Origin: the human T2T-CHM13v2.0 reference genome, Homo sapiens
Assembly: GCF_009914755.1 (NCBI RefSeq)
Contig: NC_060942.1
Direction: 5' to 3' (one strand)
Length of the DNA stretch: 64,000 nt
The position numbers were made by a program, and so were the translations under genes. Shown piece after piece: positions 39,714 to 53,341 of the stretch; position 1 is the stretch's first letter; each line of letters begins with the position of its first letter. Below the pieces are notes generated by a model. That model worked only from the letters and a program-made list of their open reading frames with translations. It was not told where the DNA came from and made no database searches.

Positions 39714-40613
39714 TTGCTGACAGGGGAAGAGAACATAATTATCTGAAGATGGATATGGTATCCATGCTGAGTCACTTGCTTTCAACTCTCTTTTACCCAG
39801 GGCCAAAGCTTCTTTATGAGAAAGCACCAGGCAGGTGTAATCAGGCTTCACAAAAGATGGTTCTCCTCCCCTTCCTTTCTCTTTCACCTTCCAGGATTTT
39901 GGATCCAAGGAATGCTTGACAAAATGAACTTGAAATTATTTCCTTGCAACTACATTGTCTCTCTTTAATGTTGTAAGAAATATATTTTAATCGCTATTGT
40001 TTTTCAATGTCTCATACAGAAAGAGGAGATGTTTCATAAAATTTGATGAATGAGTAAAGTTGCTAACCAACAAAGACTTGAGATTTATTCATTAATTAAT
40101 TTAGTAATTTATACCAAGGATATATCCAGGTCATTTAGAAAATGGCTCCTCTTTCTTGTGATTTAGATCCACTAGTTAATTGGTTTCTCTGCCTGGCTGA
40201 TTGTCAGTCGAGACGCCTACGTTGCTTATAACTAGCATGTCCATAAACAGAGCAAAGTTATTAATTTAATCTGCTTCAGTTGGTAGGCAATGTGGGGGAA
40301 CCAGCCTGTGTGTACATAGTTCTCTTGGGTTTGTTTACTGGATTACCACTTCAGAAACAGCCAGACTGTGTCTGTCTATACAACACCTACACCACTGAGC
40401 TGTTAGCTTGTGTACCCAAACAATTCATTGACTCAGTGGCAAGTGTCAATTGCTTGGCTGAATTTCTGGTTGTTTAATGAAATTGAATAGTTGATTAATT
40501 TCAATTGGTTAATCCAATAATGCTCTGGAGACCAACTGTTTTTTAAAGAAAAAATATGTATTTCTTTACTTGAAAACACTAATATTAGTTTTAATCACCT
40601 TCACACAATTACA

Positions 40614-40907
40614 TTTTTTTTTTTTTTTTGAGACAGAGTCTCATTCTGTCACCAGGCCATAGTGCAGTAGCATGATTTTGGCTCACTGCAACCACTGCCT
40701 CCCAGGTTCAAGCAACTCTCCTGCCTCAGCCTCCTGAGCTGGGACTACAGGCACATGCCACCATGCCCAGCTAATTTTAGTATTTTTAGTAGTGACGGGG
40801 TTTCACCATGTTGGCCAGGATGGTCTCGATCTCTTGACCTTGTGATCCACACCCGCCTCGGCCTCTCAAAGTGCTGGGATTACAGGCATGAGCCACCGTG
40901 CCCAGCC
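40614..40907 (-). mobile_element. AluSc-like, with TSD
   Basis: 'ctgtcaccaggc' and 'ggccaggatggtctcgatctcttgacct' are Sc-type. TSD acacaatta[c/a]att at 40603-40615 and 40908-40920. Confidence 0.96.
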
Positions 40908-40939
40908 ACACAATTAAATTCTTTATTCCAGCCTAGGCA

Positions 40940-41125
40940 AATATAAAGAACATTGGTTTAGGAGCCAAGAGATCTGTATTCTTTCTAGTCCTGCCTCTCC
41001 TATTGCCTAATTGCTTGACCTTGGGAAATAAACCTTACACTTCACCTTCTCTCCCCACCACTATGCCCTACATTACTTCTCACTCCCAGCCTCAATGGTA
41101 TCACTTGTAAATGAAAAGCTTAAAC
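40940..41125 (+). mobile_element. MIR fragment
   Basis: 'aaagaacattggtttaggagccaagagatctg...tgaccttgggaaat'. Confidence 0.65.
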
Positions 41126-42529
41126 CAGTAGCTCTCAAGTTTGTGTTTTATGAACTTCTGATGCCATGACTATACTGGACTTCCTCATTACAGAATCCTT
41201 GTTTATGTAGGCTTCAAATATCTAAGTGCTTGTGACTCCTTCTTATTATGTATATATTATATCTCAGAGAAATTGCAAGGCTTCTAAATAGGGTTGACAC
41301 TTGGGTCTCATTTTGGGCTATGGGTAGAAGTTAAACTGGTGAAGAAGTAGACAACAAAGGGGAAAGTTTAAACACAACCACATTTACAAGATAGGAGAGT
41401 CATAGTCATAATGCTTCCAAAGAAGTAGATGTTTCTCAGTTTACCCTGAGAAGAGATGTGGCAATAGTTAGAACGGGATAATAGGTGGTGGCTATGGTGT
41501 GGTGGCTCTCACAGTTATTTAATCAGTGATAGTTCTATTATTTCCCAACACTTGTTTTAAATGATGACAAAGGCTCCAGAAATGGAGCTTATATTCCTAA
41601 GCCTAAACCTTCCTGGTGGCTCTAGGACATGGAATTGGTGCCAATGTGCCATGTGGTTGAATGGGAAAAGAGGCTTGTGTTACAGCAGGAGTACCAGTTG
41701 TGGTACTGGACTCGTGGTACCTGGAGTACAAGGAAGCTGTCACAGTAACCCAGGAGAGAAGTGACGAGGGCCTAAACTGAAGGCAATGAGGTGAGTATGG
41801 AAAAGAAATTATTTTACTTGGCATGGACATTACCTGAGAAACCATGCATACGAGCCTCCACCCCTGTTTTCACAGAGCAGACCTGTCCTCCTGGGCTAAT
41901 TTGGGAGTGTGGTAAGTTAGGGTATATTTTACTGTATTTGTTTTTTAAACTAACAGTTACAAAACATGTCAGAAGTACACATGAATTAACAAACTCCTGC
42001 AGGCTGGGCTGAAGTTTTACTGGAGACTATAGGAGGTCTGTTGGCATGACAACCAAAGGGAAGCTTCTTCGGGGCCCCACAGTGGATTCTGCAGTGGCCT
42101 AGGTCCATGATAAAGCTGCCTTCCTTCCCTGCAGGAGCCCATCTCACAGCTGTGTGTTCCAACAGCAGGCTTATACCCCTGGCGTTTTCAACAACATGGC
42201 CTAAGGCACAGCCTTATAGGCTTTCTAGAAGAAAAACTTCTTTGGGAGCCCTTTCCTGCTCACTTACCAGCCCTGTGATTGTAAGTGAACCCTGGAAACT
42301 TTCAACATCTCAGCTTCTTCATTTGTAATATAGGTGAATAAAACATTCATTTTATATAATAAAGATTAAATCCCCAAACAAAACAGAAATCCCCCACAGC
42401 TACTCTACAGAGTTGGAAAGCAAGGTTATCCTGTGGATCCAGGGAAATAAAATTGCATGTGAAAAACCCTTGTAAGCTATAAAACACTATACATGCACTC
42501 ACATATGTCATTGTTAAGTGAGTACCTTA

Positions 42530-43050
42530 TGCTATCTAAGTACCTATTGTTGTACAACAAACTACTCCAACATTTAGATGTTTAAACTAACAAAGGTTTA
42601 GCCTTTCTCTCAATTCTGTGGGTGAACAATCTGAGTGGTGTTATTTTTGTCCTGTCTCCCTAGCATGAAGATAAAGATTATATGAGATAATATATGCAAA
42701 ATACTGTGAAAACTACTAGGGCAAGTATAAGGAATTATCATCTAATTTAGCTGGCTACAGATACCCAATGGTTCATCCAGAAGTTTGTTCCAGCTAACAG
42801 CAGTTGTGCCTCTTTCATGAGACTTATCATCCTTTGGTGGACTAGACTAGACTTATTTGGAACATGGAGACCTAAGAGTTTCAAGACTGAAAGCAAATGA
42901 TTAGGACATTTCCCTAAGGTCTAACCCCAGAAGTCATATAGCTTTGCTGTGCTGTATTCTTTGGGTCAAAGAAAATCACAAGGTCAGGCCAGGTTCAAGG
43001 GAAAGGGAAAATATGCTCCACCTTGTGATGGCAGATTTGGAAATAATCAC
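42530..43050 (-). mobile_element. MaLR LTR (MLT1H/I-like), interrupted by duplication B copy 2
   Basis: 'ctattgttgtacaacaaactactccaacatttag...caattctgtgggtga' and 'gtcaaagaaaatcacaaggtcaggccaggttcaagggaaaggga'. Confidence 0.75.
42647..42750 (+). repeat. Dispersed direct duplication B, copy 2 (probable inserted copy)
   Basis: ~96% identical to 39610-39713. It is MIR-derived sequence sitting inside an MLT1 LTR. Confidence 0.95.
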
Positions 43051-43164
43051 ATACAAATAAAATAAAAATTAAAACATGGTCAAGAATTTCCTCTCTGGCC
43101 AAGACCAGACATACAACTCAGGAGGAATCAAGGTCTAGGCCTCGCATTTTATTTTAAGATCTTA

Positions 43165-43577
<413 letters not shown>

Positions 43578-45579
43578 TTACCCAGGAATATTTTTTAATG
43601 TAAGTTAAATAAAAAAGAACACATAATACAATGGTCTTGTTTCCATTTTTGACACTACTAAAAACTAATATGAGAACTAGTCAAAGGCATCAAACTTCCC
43701 CAAGACTGAAGTTTCACACCGAAAATTAAGACGATAATGCCTACAGAGGAATTTTTACATAAAGTGGTGAAAATAAACTTCTCCTTCTGCTTGCCATTCC
43801 CAGAAGGATCCTTGATATGCCCATATGACAAGTGCCAAACTGATTTTCCACACTCTGCCTAGGGTATTAGCATGGCATCTGCCCCTAAACCTACCCCCTC
43901 CATCCATTGAAAACTTCCATTACTCTTTGCCGCCCCACCACCTTCCCCTGAATGCACATAGTTGATCAAGTGCTCTAGACTAAATTTAAACATCTTTTCA
44001 AGCCCTTTCAGCCCTAACCTCCCACACTTCAAAATATCAGAAAAATGATACCTGTGTGAATTTTCTGGTTCTTTTTCTTCTAGCCTCCTAGCTTTCTTGC
44101 CTGTGTTTCCTATCCCTGGCTAATCTAATACACTAATCTAAATGAGGAAGTCCCAAGGAGAAAATAGCTTTAGGAAGCTAACCTCCTTCAATGGCATTTG
44201 TCTGTTTATTAGCAGCCTTTGAAGCTTTCCATTAAAGAGTGATAGGTACAGAGATGGGAGCATCATTGCAAGTAGGATGGAATATAGTATAGAGGACAAC
44301 ATTTTGACTTATATTCTTCGAGCACAGAGATAAATATTTATGCAAGAAAAGCATCTTGTATAAGCAGAATAATTTTTTTTGTAAAAGCTGAAAAATTTTA
44401 CTCTTAATATTGATGCCAGTCAACCCCCATTATAATGATAACTCAGCTAACCAAAGATTTCCACGCATCAGGTAAAGGGCCACTCAGTTCACTCGGTGCT
44501 ACACAATTTAAGCCTGATCCCAGGATCCCTTGCCATGGACTTGGTCCCTAGTAGCTCTCCAGATAAGAAGCTGAATATTCTAAGAGCCAGCCAGCCTTAT
44601 CTGCAGAGAGATTTTAGGCTGGGATTTAGGGGGTATCAAACAGGCCCCTTCACCTAAGATTTCTTCCCCCAGCTACATGCCTCAAAGCCTGCAACCCTAC
44701 CAGTTAAGATTCATTCCCTTGAATTTTAAAATCTTCAGTTTTTCTACTGACATGCTAAACTTCAGAGGGTACAGATGAAACCTGAGGTTATTTCTGGTCT
44801 ACACCATTAACAGGCCATGTTCTAGCCAAATCCTCAGCTAAGAGCAGGGCTCTATAGCAAAAATTTGTAACTCAGGAACTTTTGGACATTTAATAAGCTG
44901 ATGATAAATTTCCAGGGACATAGGAACCCTGAAAATACATGTGAAGTTTCAGTTTTAACACCAGACTCCTCCTTCCTATCTCTGTGGGGAGTGATAGGAG
45001 ATTAAACTCACACATGCATTTTTCTGCAGACAAGATGTCAGGTTTTATCCCAGTCAGATCCTTGATATAAAAAGATTTATAATGCTAAAAAATAAAACAC
45101 AGGAGAGGATGCGGGATATGAAGTAGTTCAGAAGTGGCTGGTGGAATAGAGGTGAAGAGAAAATCTGAACAGCAAGGCAGAGAGCCTTGAGACCAACTGT
45201 CCTGTGATCACAACCTGGCCACAGATTCAGGCTGGCTTGTAAACAGACTCCTGCTCATCAGGGGTCCAGACCCTGTTCAGACCACTGTGAAAGCTCCTCT
45301 AACTTACTCCCCAAACCTTCACCCTGGAAATACTCCTGATCTTGGAATACATTACCACAGCACTTTACAGTAACTGGTTCCCCACAGTTTGGAATCCCTC
45401 AAGAAAGAGATGGACTTGGCAGGAAACAGATCCACTTAGGCAGGAAAACAACTCATTTCTCACCTCTCCCTTTCTCCCTCTATCTTGAGGATCTGGATTA
45501 GAGCAGACCTTTTCTTGCTGCTGCAGAAATAAGGAGGAGTAGGGGGCTGGTTCAGGCCTGCGGGAATTCATAAACACAG

Positions 45580-46106
45580 GTCTGACAGCTCAGGTCTCTT
45601 GCAAGGCTGCATTCAAGGTACTGGCTAGAGTTACAGTCATCTCAAGACTCCACTGGAGAAATATCTGCTTCTAGGTTCACTGCCATGAGCATGAGCAGAT
45701 TCGATTCCTTTTGGAAAGTTGAACTGAAAGCCTCAGTGTCTCACCAGCTCGTGGTTGAAAGCTGCCCTCAGTTCTTCTCCATGTGGGCCTCTGCAGCTTG
45801 GTCCATCATAGCAAGCACATTAGAAGAGCCAGAGAGATGCAGCAAACCATCATGGCACATGTATACCTATGTAACAAACCTGCACGTTCTACACATGTAT
45901 CCCAGAACTTAAAGTAAAATTAACACACAAAAAAGAAGAGCCAGAGAGACAGCAAACAAGGGGCAAATCAGAGTAGCTATAACCTCATCTCAGAAACGGC
46001 TTCCCATCCCACTTGCTACATTCATGAGAGGAGAGGACTAGAAAGGCATGAACATCTGGAGGCGGGAATCACAATCACTATAAGCCAGTAGCAGCTGCTT
46101 ATCACA
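45580..46106 (-). mobile_element. MaLR LTR (MLT1F-like), interrupted by a short L1
   Basis: 'gcaaggctgcattcaaggtactggctagagttacagtcatctcaagactc', 'ccctcagttcttctccatgtgggcctct'. Confidence 0.75.
45838..45933 (+). mobile_element. Extremely 5'-truncated L1PA 3' end (~96 bp) with a 16-bp TSD
   Basis: 'tgcagcaaaccatcatggcacatgtatacctatgtaacaaacctgcacgttctacacatgtatcccagaacttaaagta'. TSD agaagagccagagaga at 45822-45837 and 45934-45949. Confidence 0.95.
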
Positions 46107-46834
46107 AGGATTAATAAAGATCATAGGATCTTAAAACAAAAATTTTAAAAAGTTCATAGAATCTTCAGTCTAAGACAATTTTTGGAGATTATCTGATTTC
46201 CATACTGAAAGATAGGAGAACTGAGGTCGTGTAAAGTTGAATGTGTTTTCCCAGATTACAGAGCATCAGGTGGTGACAATTAGTAGGGACTCACACTTCT
46301 GAGTCTTAGTCTAGTGTTCTCTGCAACAGTTGCCTCAGTGTCCTCATCTGTAAAATGGGATTAATAATTTCTGGGCTACCTTCATTCTCTCACAGACATC
46401 TGTGAGAAACCAAAGCAATCAAAGAAGAATGCTGTAAAAAATAAAATACTAGCTAAAGTTGCCAAAGTTATATTTTTGTTATTATTCTAATAAATGATAA
46501 TGATGCAAATTTGTGACAAGAGATTTCTTTTTACTCATCTTTTTCCTTCTCTTGGTGGTCTTCTTACTAGCTTTTGAGACACATGCACCTCATGTTGAGG
46601 GAGCCTACAGAAACAGGCATCCTGTCTCTTTCCCACTCACTTGATTTCAGTGCCACTAATGAAGCATTTCCGTTCTCAGTACATATGTATCAGAGCCTAC
46701 CAATCTTGAGTTCCACCTCAAGAAGTTCTTTTCCCCCTTTAATGAAAATGCCTGTTCAACATTAAAAAATTAGGCTTCCTTCCTAAATAGCCCCCATGTT
46801 TTCACAAGAACCTGAACCCTTTCATCACTTAGAA

Positions 46835-47050
46835 CTACCATTTGTTAAGAATCCTCTTTGTGCTAGACACTTTTTAAAGCACTTTATAGGGATCATCTTT
46901 GGTTTTCAAACAAGCACACTCAAGTGTACAGATGAGATAAATGAGACTAGAAGAGGTTAAGTTCTTTGTCCAACTTCATAATCAAGAGCAGAACTGGGAA
47001 TCAGCCCAAGCCGTGTCTAACTCCAAAACCCAAGCTTGTGTATTTTCCCA
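46835..47050 (-). mobile_element. MIR SINE
   Basis: 'tacagatgagataaatgagactagaagaggttaagttctttgtccaa...gtctaactccaaaaccca'. Confidence 0.75.
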
Positions 47051-49479
47051 TATCATCATGAATTTCCAGATTCTTGATTATATTCTTCAGCAGATCCTAT
47101 GTCTCTTGGAAGGAAAATTATGTTTTCCTTGTCTGTAATCTAAGTGCCTGTCATAGTGTCGGAGTCAGTGTCAGTTAAATAATATTAGCATGCACTGCAC
47201 TTTCAGACTTATTTGACATTTTACCATCCTTTCTAACATCCTTAAGGGCAACATCTTGCCTTCTATTCCCCTCAACAGCAAGGACAAATTCTCCAATGGA
47301 TTTCAGAGATGTTGTTTATTTCTCCTAACCTTATCTGTCATGTCCTGAGTAGCTGGCAGTGACCTTATAGGGCAAAATCATGAGTTCAGTGACGGGATGT
47401 AGAAAAGATTATTTTGCCAGAGATTTAAACACCTGATCTCAGCCCACAAATGCCTTCCAGTGGATGGCTCCATATTACCTTATTACAGAAGAAAGGAAGA
47501 ATGGTTATTCTTTGCATGAAAAAGATAGTAACTCATACCAAGGGCTTTCCTTTAATTTGTCCTAAATAATCTCCTTTACACTTCAGAGAAGTCAACCTGT
47601 TACTTTATATTTCTTGCTAGAAACCAGTTTATCCACGCATGTAAAGATAAGGGGAAAAAAGGCAGAAATTTCTGTATTGCATTCACATTTCTTCTTGTCA
47701 TATTTTAATCCAAAATATTTATTTTTCCGGTAGTCTGACTGAATACCTTCTTAGCATCCTCAGGCTATCCACATTTTAATCTTATCTCTGCCTAAAACAT
47801 TGGCCTAGTTCAAGTGTATATACAATTAAAGTGTTTATAACGCTTTCTATCACAAGCACAAAATAATAATCAGGTATCATTCTGTCCATTCACGTTGCCA
47901 GCAAAAGTCTTCTTGATGGTTTTATGAATTTCTCTCACATTCATTCACCTTTTCTCTCCTTCTTGGCTTCTTGTGCTAGTTCCCTTCCTTCCTGAAGTAA
48001 TTGAGAACAGGAATCTCCCATCATGTTAGTTCCTCATTCTTTTTGTCAAATGTTCTTTATTTCACTTATTTATTGGATTCATGCAAGTCCCCAGAGTTTA
48101 CAATAATCTAGAGAGTTGGTGAATTCCAATTTAGTATTTCCTTTATCACTAAATTCATTTCTGTATTACTCTTCAAGCCTTAACAGTACACACCAGTGCC
48201 AGAAAATACAACATGTATCTCAGCAGAGGTGCAAATAGGATATTCGTCAAAATATCTTACTCTTTATCCAGGAGCTATAAAAGACAAAAAAAAATTCTGG
48301 TTAATTTAATGTCAGCTGCCTAGCTCCAGCTGTGCTGTCTACAGTTACAATAACAACCATCATCTGTACAGTATAAGCCTAGTCAAAGATTTACCGAATG
48401 TACACAAAGTTGTGATAGAACCTCAATTCTCTTTGTGTAAACTTTTAAGAGTATTTAGTGATTTAGGGTTAACATGAAAAGTGGTTTTATATTAATCAAT
48501 ATTTAAAAATCCTCACTCATTGAAAATGACCCAAATAGATGGAAAATAGAAGTCAGAGCACACAAACTGTAAGACCAGAGACAATCCGAAATCAAGGTCA
48601 GAATCTGACACAATACAGGTAGTAGCCTCTGGGTCCCTCCAGCATGCCTTGAGCTTTTGCTTTGAAGCAGCTCAGTCCTTCCTTAGCAGCCCAATCTCCG
48701 ATCTCATTTCACAAATGAGGATCTTTCCCACCCCATCACCCAAACAAGGCACCTTCATGTCTGTGTCCAACAGCAGCAGACTCTTAAGGTGGTGAAGCAG
48801 GATTTGAGGCTTGACCCAGTGCTGAACTAGTGTGTCCTGATAACACATATCATAATGTTTCTCCCCTGAGCCAGATTCTCCCAGCTGGACTTTTGATCAA
48901 AGAGCATGTTCAAGCAGTTGCTGAGCATCTTACACACAAAGCATGCCTAAATATATAAAGCTTTTGAAAATTGCAAGAATGTGAAGGAAATAAAATTGTA
49001 AAAACTTGAAATCTGGGGAAAAAATGACAAAGAGCAAATTTTTTAATTTTCATATGTCTGTTAGATATAAAGACACTTGGTTCATTTTGGAATGTAAAAT
49101 TGATAATGTACTATTTAAAATACATATAAAATTCTCAATTTTGGTTTATTGAACAACAGAATGGCCCCTCAGATAGCTTTAGGAAAATGAAATTATTTTT
49201 AAAAGGGAATGGAGAATACTGACTCTAGGAAATAAAGAAGGCCAAAAATTCTTTGGGTAATTTTATAATTTCATGTTTTATTTCTAGACCTTCATGTCTC
49301 CACAAACAACATTATGTCGGATCCCAGATAATCCAATTTAACTAGACATAAAACAACTTCCTCAAAGAGTCTTTCTTTGTACTTAGTGTCTAAATTTTAT
49401 ATTTTAGGATGGGTGCAGGGGGGAAATTGGTACTGATTCATACCTCAAATAAGTGAAGATTTCAGAAAAAAAAAGCGCT

Positions 49480-49655
49480 TGACAAATGATACTGAATTCT
49501 GATCTCAGTTTTACCCCTTATCAACCGTATGATTTTTTAAGTCTTTCAAGCTCTCTAAGTGGCAGATTCTTGTCTGGAAAGTGGACTAGTAGTATCTTTC
49601 ATATATACTTTACAAAGTTTCCATGAGACTCAACTAAGTTGATATATGGGAATCT
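49480..49655 (+). mobile_element. MIR fragment
   Basis: 'aagtctttcaagctctctaagtggcagattcttgtctggaaagtggactagtagtatct'. Confidence 0.55.
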
Positions 49656-50179
49656 TTTTTATTAAATACACAATCTACTATTTAAATTATTTGTCTTCAG
49701 GTACCATCATTAAAATTGTGATTATTTCTTCATGCTGTTCATAGTAATCAGTGAAGACAAATTATCTTAAATTCAATGAGCTTTGAGCATCCTATGTGGC
49801 CAGTCAATACTAGCTGACATGATTTCATTTTAAGCCAAAATCGGGGAGGAGGCTTTTAATCAGGACCCCCAATAACTATCAGGGCTACAGTACTAGCAGA
49901 GTTTCAGCACAGCAGATAACAGATTTTTTAAAGAAACAATATCATAGTACTTGCCAAGAAGGACAGTTTTATGTCTTCTTTTCAGTTTTTACATCTTTTA
50001 TTTCTTTTTTTTTTTTTTTGCCTTATTGCACTGGCTAGAACTATCAGCAAAGCTCTATACTTGCTATGTGTTCCATGCATTGAATCAAAACACGTATAGA
50101 AAATATCCTTATGTCTTCACTAGCATTTCTTTGCTTTTCCATGATATTTTTATAACTACAGAAAAAAAAAACCCTGAAT

Positions 50180-50910
50180 TTGAGTTGGCTAAGGTTTCTA
50201 TTTTATTAAGTTTGGGTTATGCTTTTTGGGAGGAATACTACAGAAATGACATTGTGATCTTTTTAATGCTTCATACTAGGAGGTACAAAAATGCAACTAG
50301 TGATGTCAATTTAAACCAAGATGGTGTCTGCCAGGTTTTTGTACTGAAAAGTTACTATATTTATATTTGTGATTAATAAATATCTTAAATTTTAAGATTA
50401 TGGAAAAATCTTGTTAATCCTCAAAGTTTAACCCATTAGCTTTATTATCCATTGGCCTCAATATATTATTATAATAATTGTTGTCAAACAGAAATTTCCT
50501 GTTTTTTTCTACATTTAATCATTGGTGTTCTACTGTAAGGAAAGGTTTTATAATTTTATTTATCATTTGCTTATTTGTATGACAATATGACACATCGATT
50601 TTTATTTTATTCAATTGACAATAATTATGTATTATCATTATTAATTTTGGGCTTAAATTGTCCCAGATTCGACCAGTGAGAGCTCCTTTAAACTGGAACC
50701 TATGGTCCTTTCTTGTGTTTTGTTTGATATGTCACCATCATTCTTTGAACATTTATTTATTTTCCTGCATGGCAAGATGTTTCAGGCTTATTTTACACTT
50801 TTCTTTTCCAGTCTTGGAATCTATCATTTTTCAAGGAATCCTGGTTCCCTTTAGTTAAGAATAATATTAGATACTAAAATCTGGTCTTAAGTATGGTTAT
50901 TGTTAATTTT
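50180..50910 (-). mobile_element. Old L1 3' UTR (L1MC/L1ME-like)
   Basis: 'gcttaaattgtcccagattcgaccagtgagagctcctttaaactgg', 'caagatgtttcaggcttattttacacttttc'. Confidence 0.7.
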
Positions 50911-51639
50911 TGTTTCATTATTCATTTTTACCTAGTCCAAATATCTTAGTCTTTTGTTAAACTATTTGTTATACTTGCATTAAATATTATTACTGACATC
51001 TCAATTTGTTCCCTTTTTTCTTTCTACTTCTTTCTTGCTTCCTTTGAACTCATCATATTTAAATTATTCCATATACCCTACTATTACCTGGTTATTAATT
51101 ATTTTATTTTTATTATGTTAGTGGTTATTCTAGAGATTGCCATACGCACCATTCCCTGATTAGTGTGTAAGATAAAAAGACCTTGCAAAACTATAATGTA
51201 CTCCTTCCCCCTCCTGTATTATGGTTTTCATGAATTTTCACTCCACAGATGTTTCACACCTCATGAGATATTATTATAATAGTAACTATTTAGTTAGATT
51301 TTTCTACTTACTCTTTTCAGTGCTCGTTAAAAGCATTTTTTTTTTCTGCCTGAAAATCTCCCTTTAGTTTTTCCTTTAGTAAAGGTCTGCTGGCCATAAA
51401 TTGTGTAAGGTTTTGTTTGACTAAAAAATTTTTTATTTCACACTTATTTTCGAAGAATTTTTTGGTGGGTATAGAATTCTAGGTTTAGAGTTAGTTTTTT
51501 TTAAGATACAATTCAACAGGTTTTTAGAAAGCTGTTTTCTGTTTTATCATTACTACTTTGATGGTCATCTGTGTTCAATCTTTGCCTATTCTGAGTATCT
51601 TTTACTTATCGTTAGTTTTCTGCAGTTTTATTGTGATAA

Positions 51640-53341
51640 ACCGACATTAATTGTACCCCCATAAAATATATGGCAAAGACCTAACCCCCAGCACATCAGA
51701 ATGTGATCTCATTTGTAAATATGATCTTTCCTGAATTAATAAAGTCAAAATGAGGCCATTATTTCCTATTCAATACATGGTGCTGGGATAACTGGCTAGC
51801 CATATGCAGGTGATGGATACTATGTTGTTCCTTATGCCATATAAAAAAACAACTTAAATTGGATTAAAGAGTTAAATATATAACCCAAAATTATTAAAAT
51901 CCTAGAAAATAACCTAGGAAATATCATTCTGGACATAGAAACTGACAAAGATTTCATGATGAAAATGCCAAAAGCAATTGCAACAAAAGCAAAAATTGAC
52001 AAATGGGTTCTAATTAAACTAAAGAGCTTCTGCATAGCAAAAGAATCAACAGAGTAAACAGACAGCCTACAGAATGTACTTGCAAACTATACATCTAATA
52101 TCCAGAATCTATAAGGAACTTAAATTTACAACCAAAAAACAACTCCATTTAAAAGTGGCCAAAGCACATGAACAGATTTCAAAAGACATACATGCAGCCA
52201 ACAAGCATATGAAAAAATTACTCAATATTACTAATCATTAGAGAAATGCTAATGAAAACTATAATGAAATATCATCTCACATCAGTTAGAATGGCTATTT
52301 TTAGAAAGTTAAGAAATAACAGATGCTGGCGTGGTTGCAGAGAAAAGGAAATGCTTCACAATGTTGGTGGGAGTGTAAATCAGTTTAACCATTAAAGAAA
52401 GCAGTGTGATGATCCCTCAAACAGTTAACAGAACTACCATTCAACCCAGCAATCCCATTACTGGGTATATATATATACCCAAAGGAATATAAATTGTTCT
52501 ACTGTAAAGACACACCCACACATATGTTAATCACAATGCTCTTCACAGTAGCAAAGACATGGAATCAACATAAATGCCCACCAATGGTAGACTGGAAAAA
52601 GAAAATGTCGTACATATATACCATGCAATACTATGTAGCCATAAAAAGAATGAGATTGTGTCCTTTGAGGAACCTGGTTGGAGCTAGAGGCCATTACCCT
52701 TAGCAAACTAACACAGGAACAGAAAGCCAGATACCACACGTTCTCATTTATAAGTAGGAGCTAAATAATGAGAACAAATGGACACAAAGGAGGGAACATA
52801 GACACCGGGGCCTGCTTGAGGGAGGAGGGTAAGAGGAGGGAGAAGATCAGAAAAAAATAACTATCAGATACTAGGCTTAGTACCTGGGTGATGAAATAAT
52901 CTGTACACCAAACCCCCATGACACAAATTTACCTATATAACAAACCTGCACATATAACCCTGAATCTAAAATTAAGTTTTTTTAAAAAGTCAGGTGATTA
53001 GGACAAGGGTGATTAGGACAACCTGTGTCCTCATAAGGGGAAATTTGAACACAGAGACAGACACACACAAAGAAGATGATATAAAGACACACAGGGAGAA
53101 TGCCATGTGAAGATGAAAGATTGGAGTGATGTATTACAAGTGAAGAAGCAGTTGAGACTACTGGAAGCTAGGAAGGACGTATGGAAAAATTCTTTCCCCG
53201 GTGCCTACAGAGGGAGCATGACTCTGCCATCATCTTAATTTCACGTTGTTGGCCTTCAGAACTTTAAGACAAGAAATTTATAATGGTTAAAGCCACCCAG
53301 TTTGTGGTACTCTGTTACAGCAGCCCTAGGAAATTAACACA
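51640..53341 (+). mobile_element. MaLR LTR (MLT1B/C-like) split by an L1PA15/16
   Basis: 5' half 'cctaacccccagcacatcagaatgtgatctcatttgtaaata...aaaatgaggcc', 3' half ends 'ttgtggtactctgttacagcagccctaggaaattaacaca'. Confidence 0.88.
51762..52987 (+). mobile_element. 5'-truncated L1 (L1PA15/16-like): degenerate ORF2 3' part and 3' UTR
   Basis: 'cctattcaatacatggtgctgggataactggctagccatatgcag'. ORF 52494..52703 contains LFTVAKTWNQHKCPPMVDW. 3' UTR 'aataactatcagatactaggcttagtacctgggtgatgaaataatctgtac'. Confidence 0.95.

Noticed and set aside
49903-49923. Partial REST/RE1-like motif ttcagcacagcagataac
   Set aside because: Only the left half matches, and the GGACAG half-site is too degenerate.
49951-50376. 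Longest ORF (141 aa), hydrophobic
   Set aside because: It runs through poly-T and antisense old L1 sequence and has a non-ATG start.
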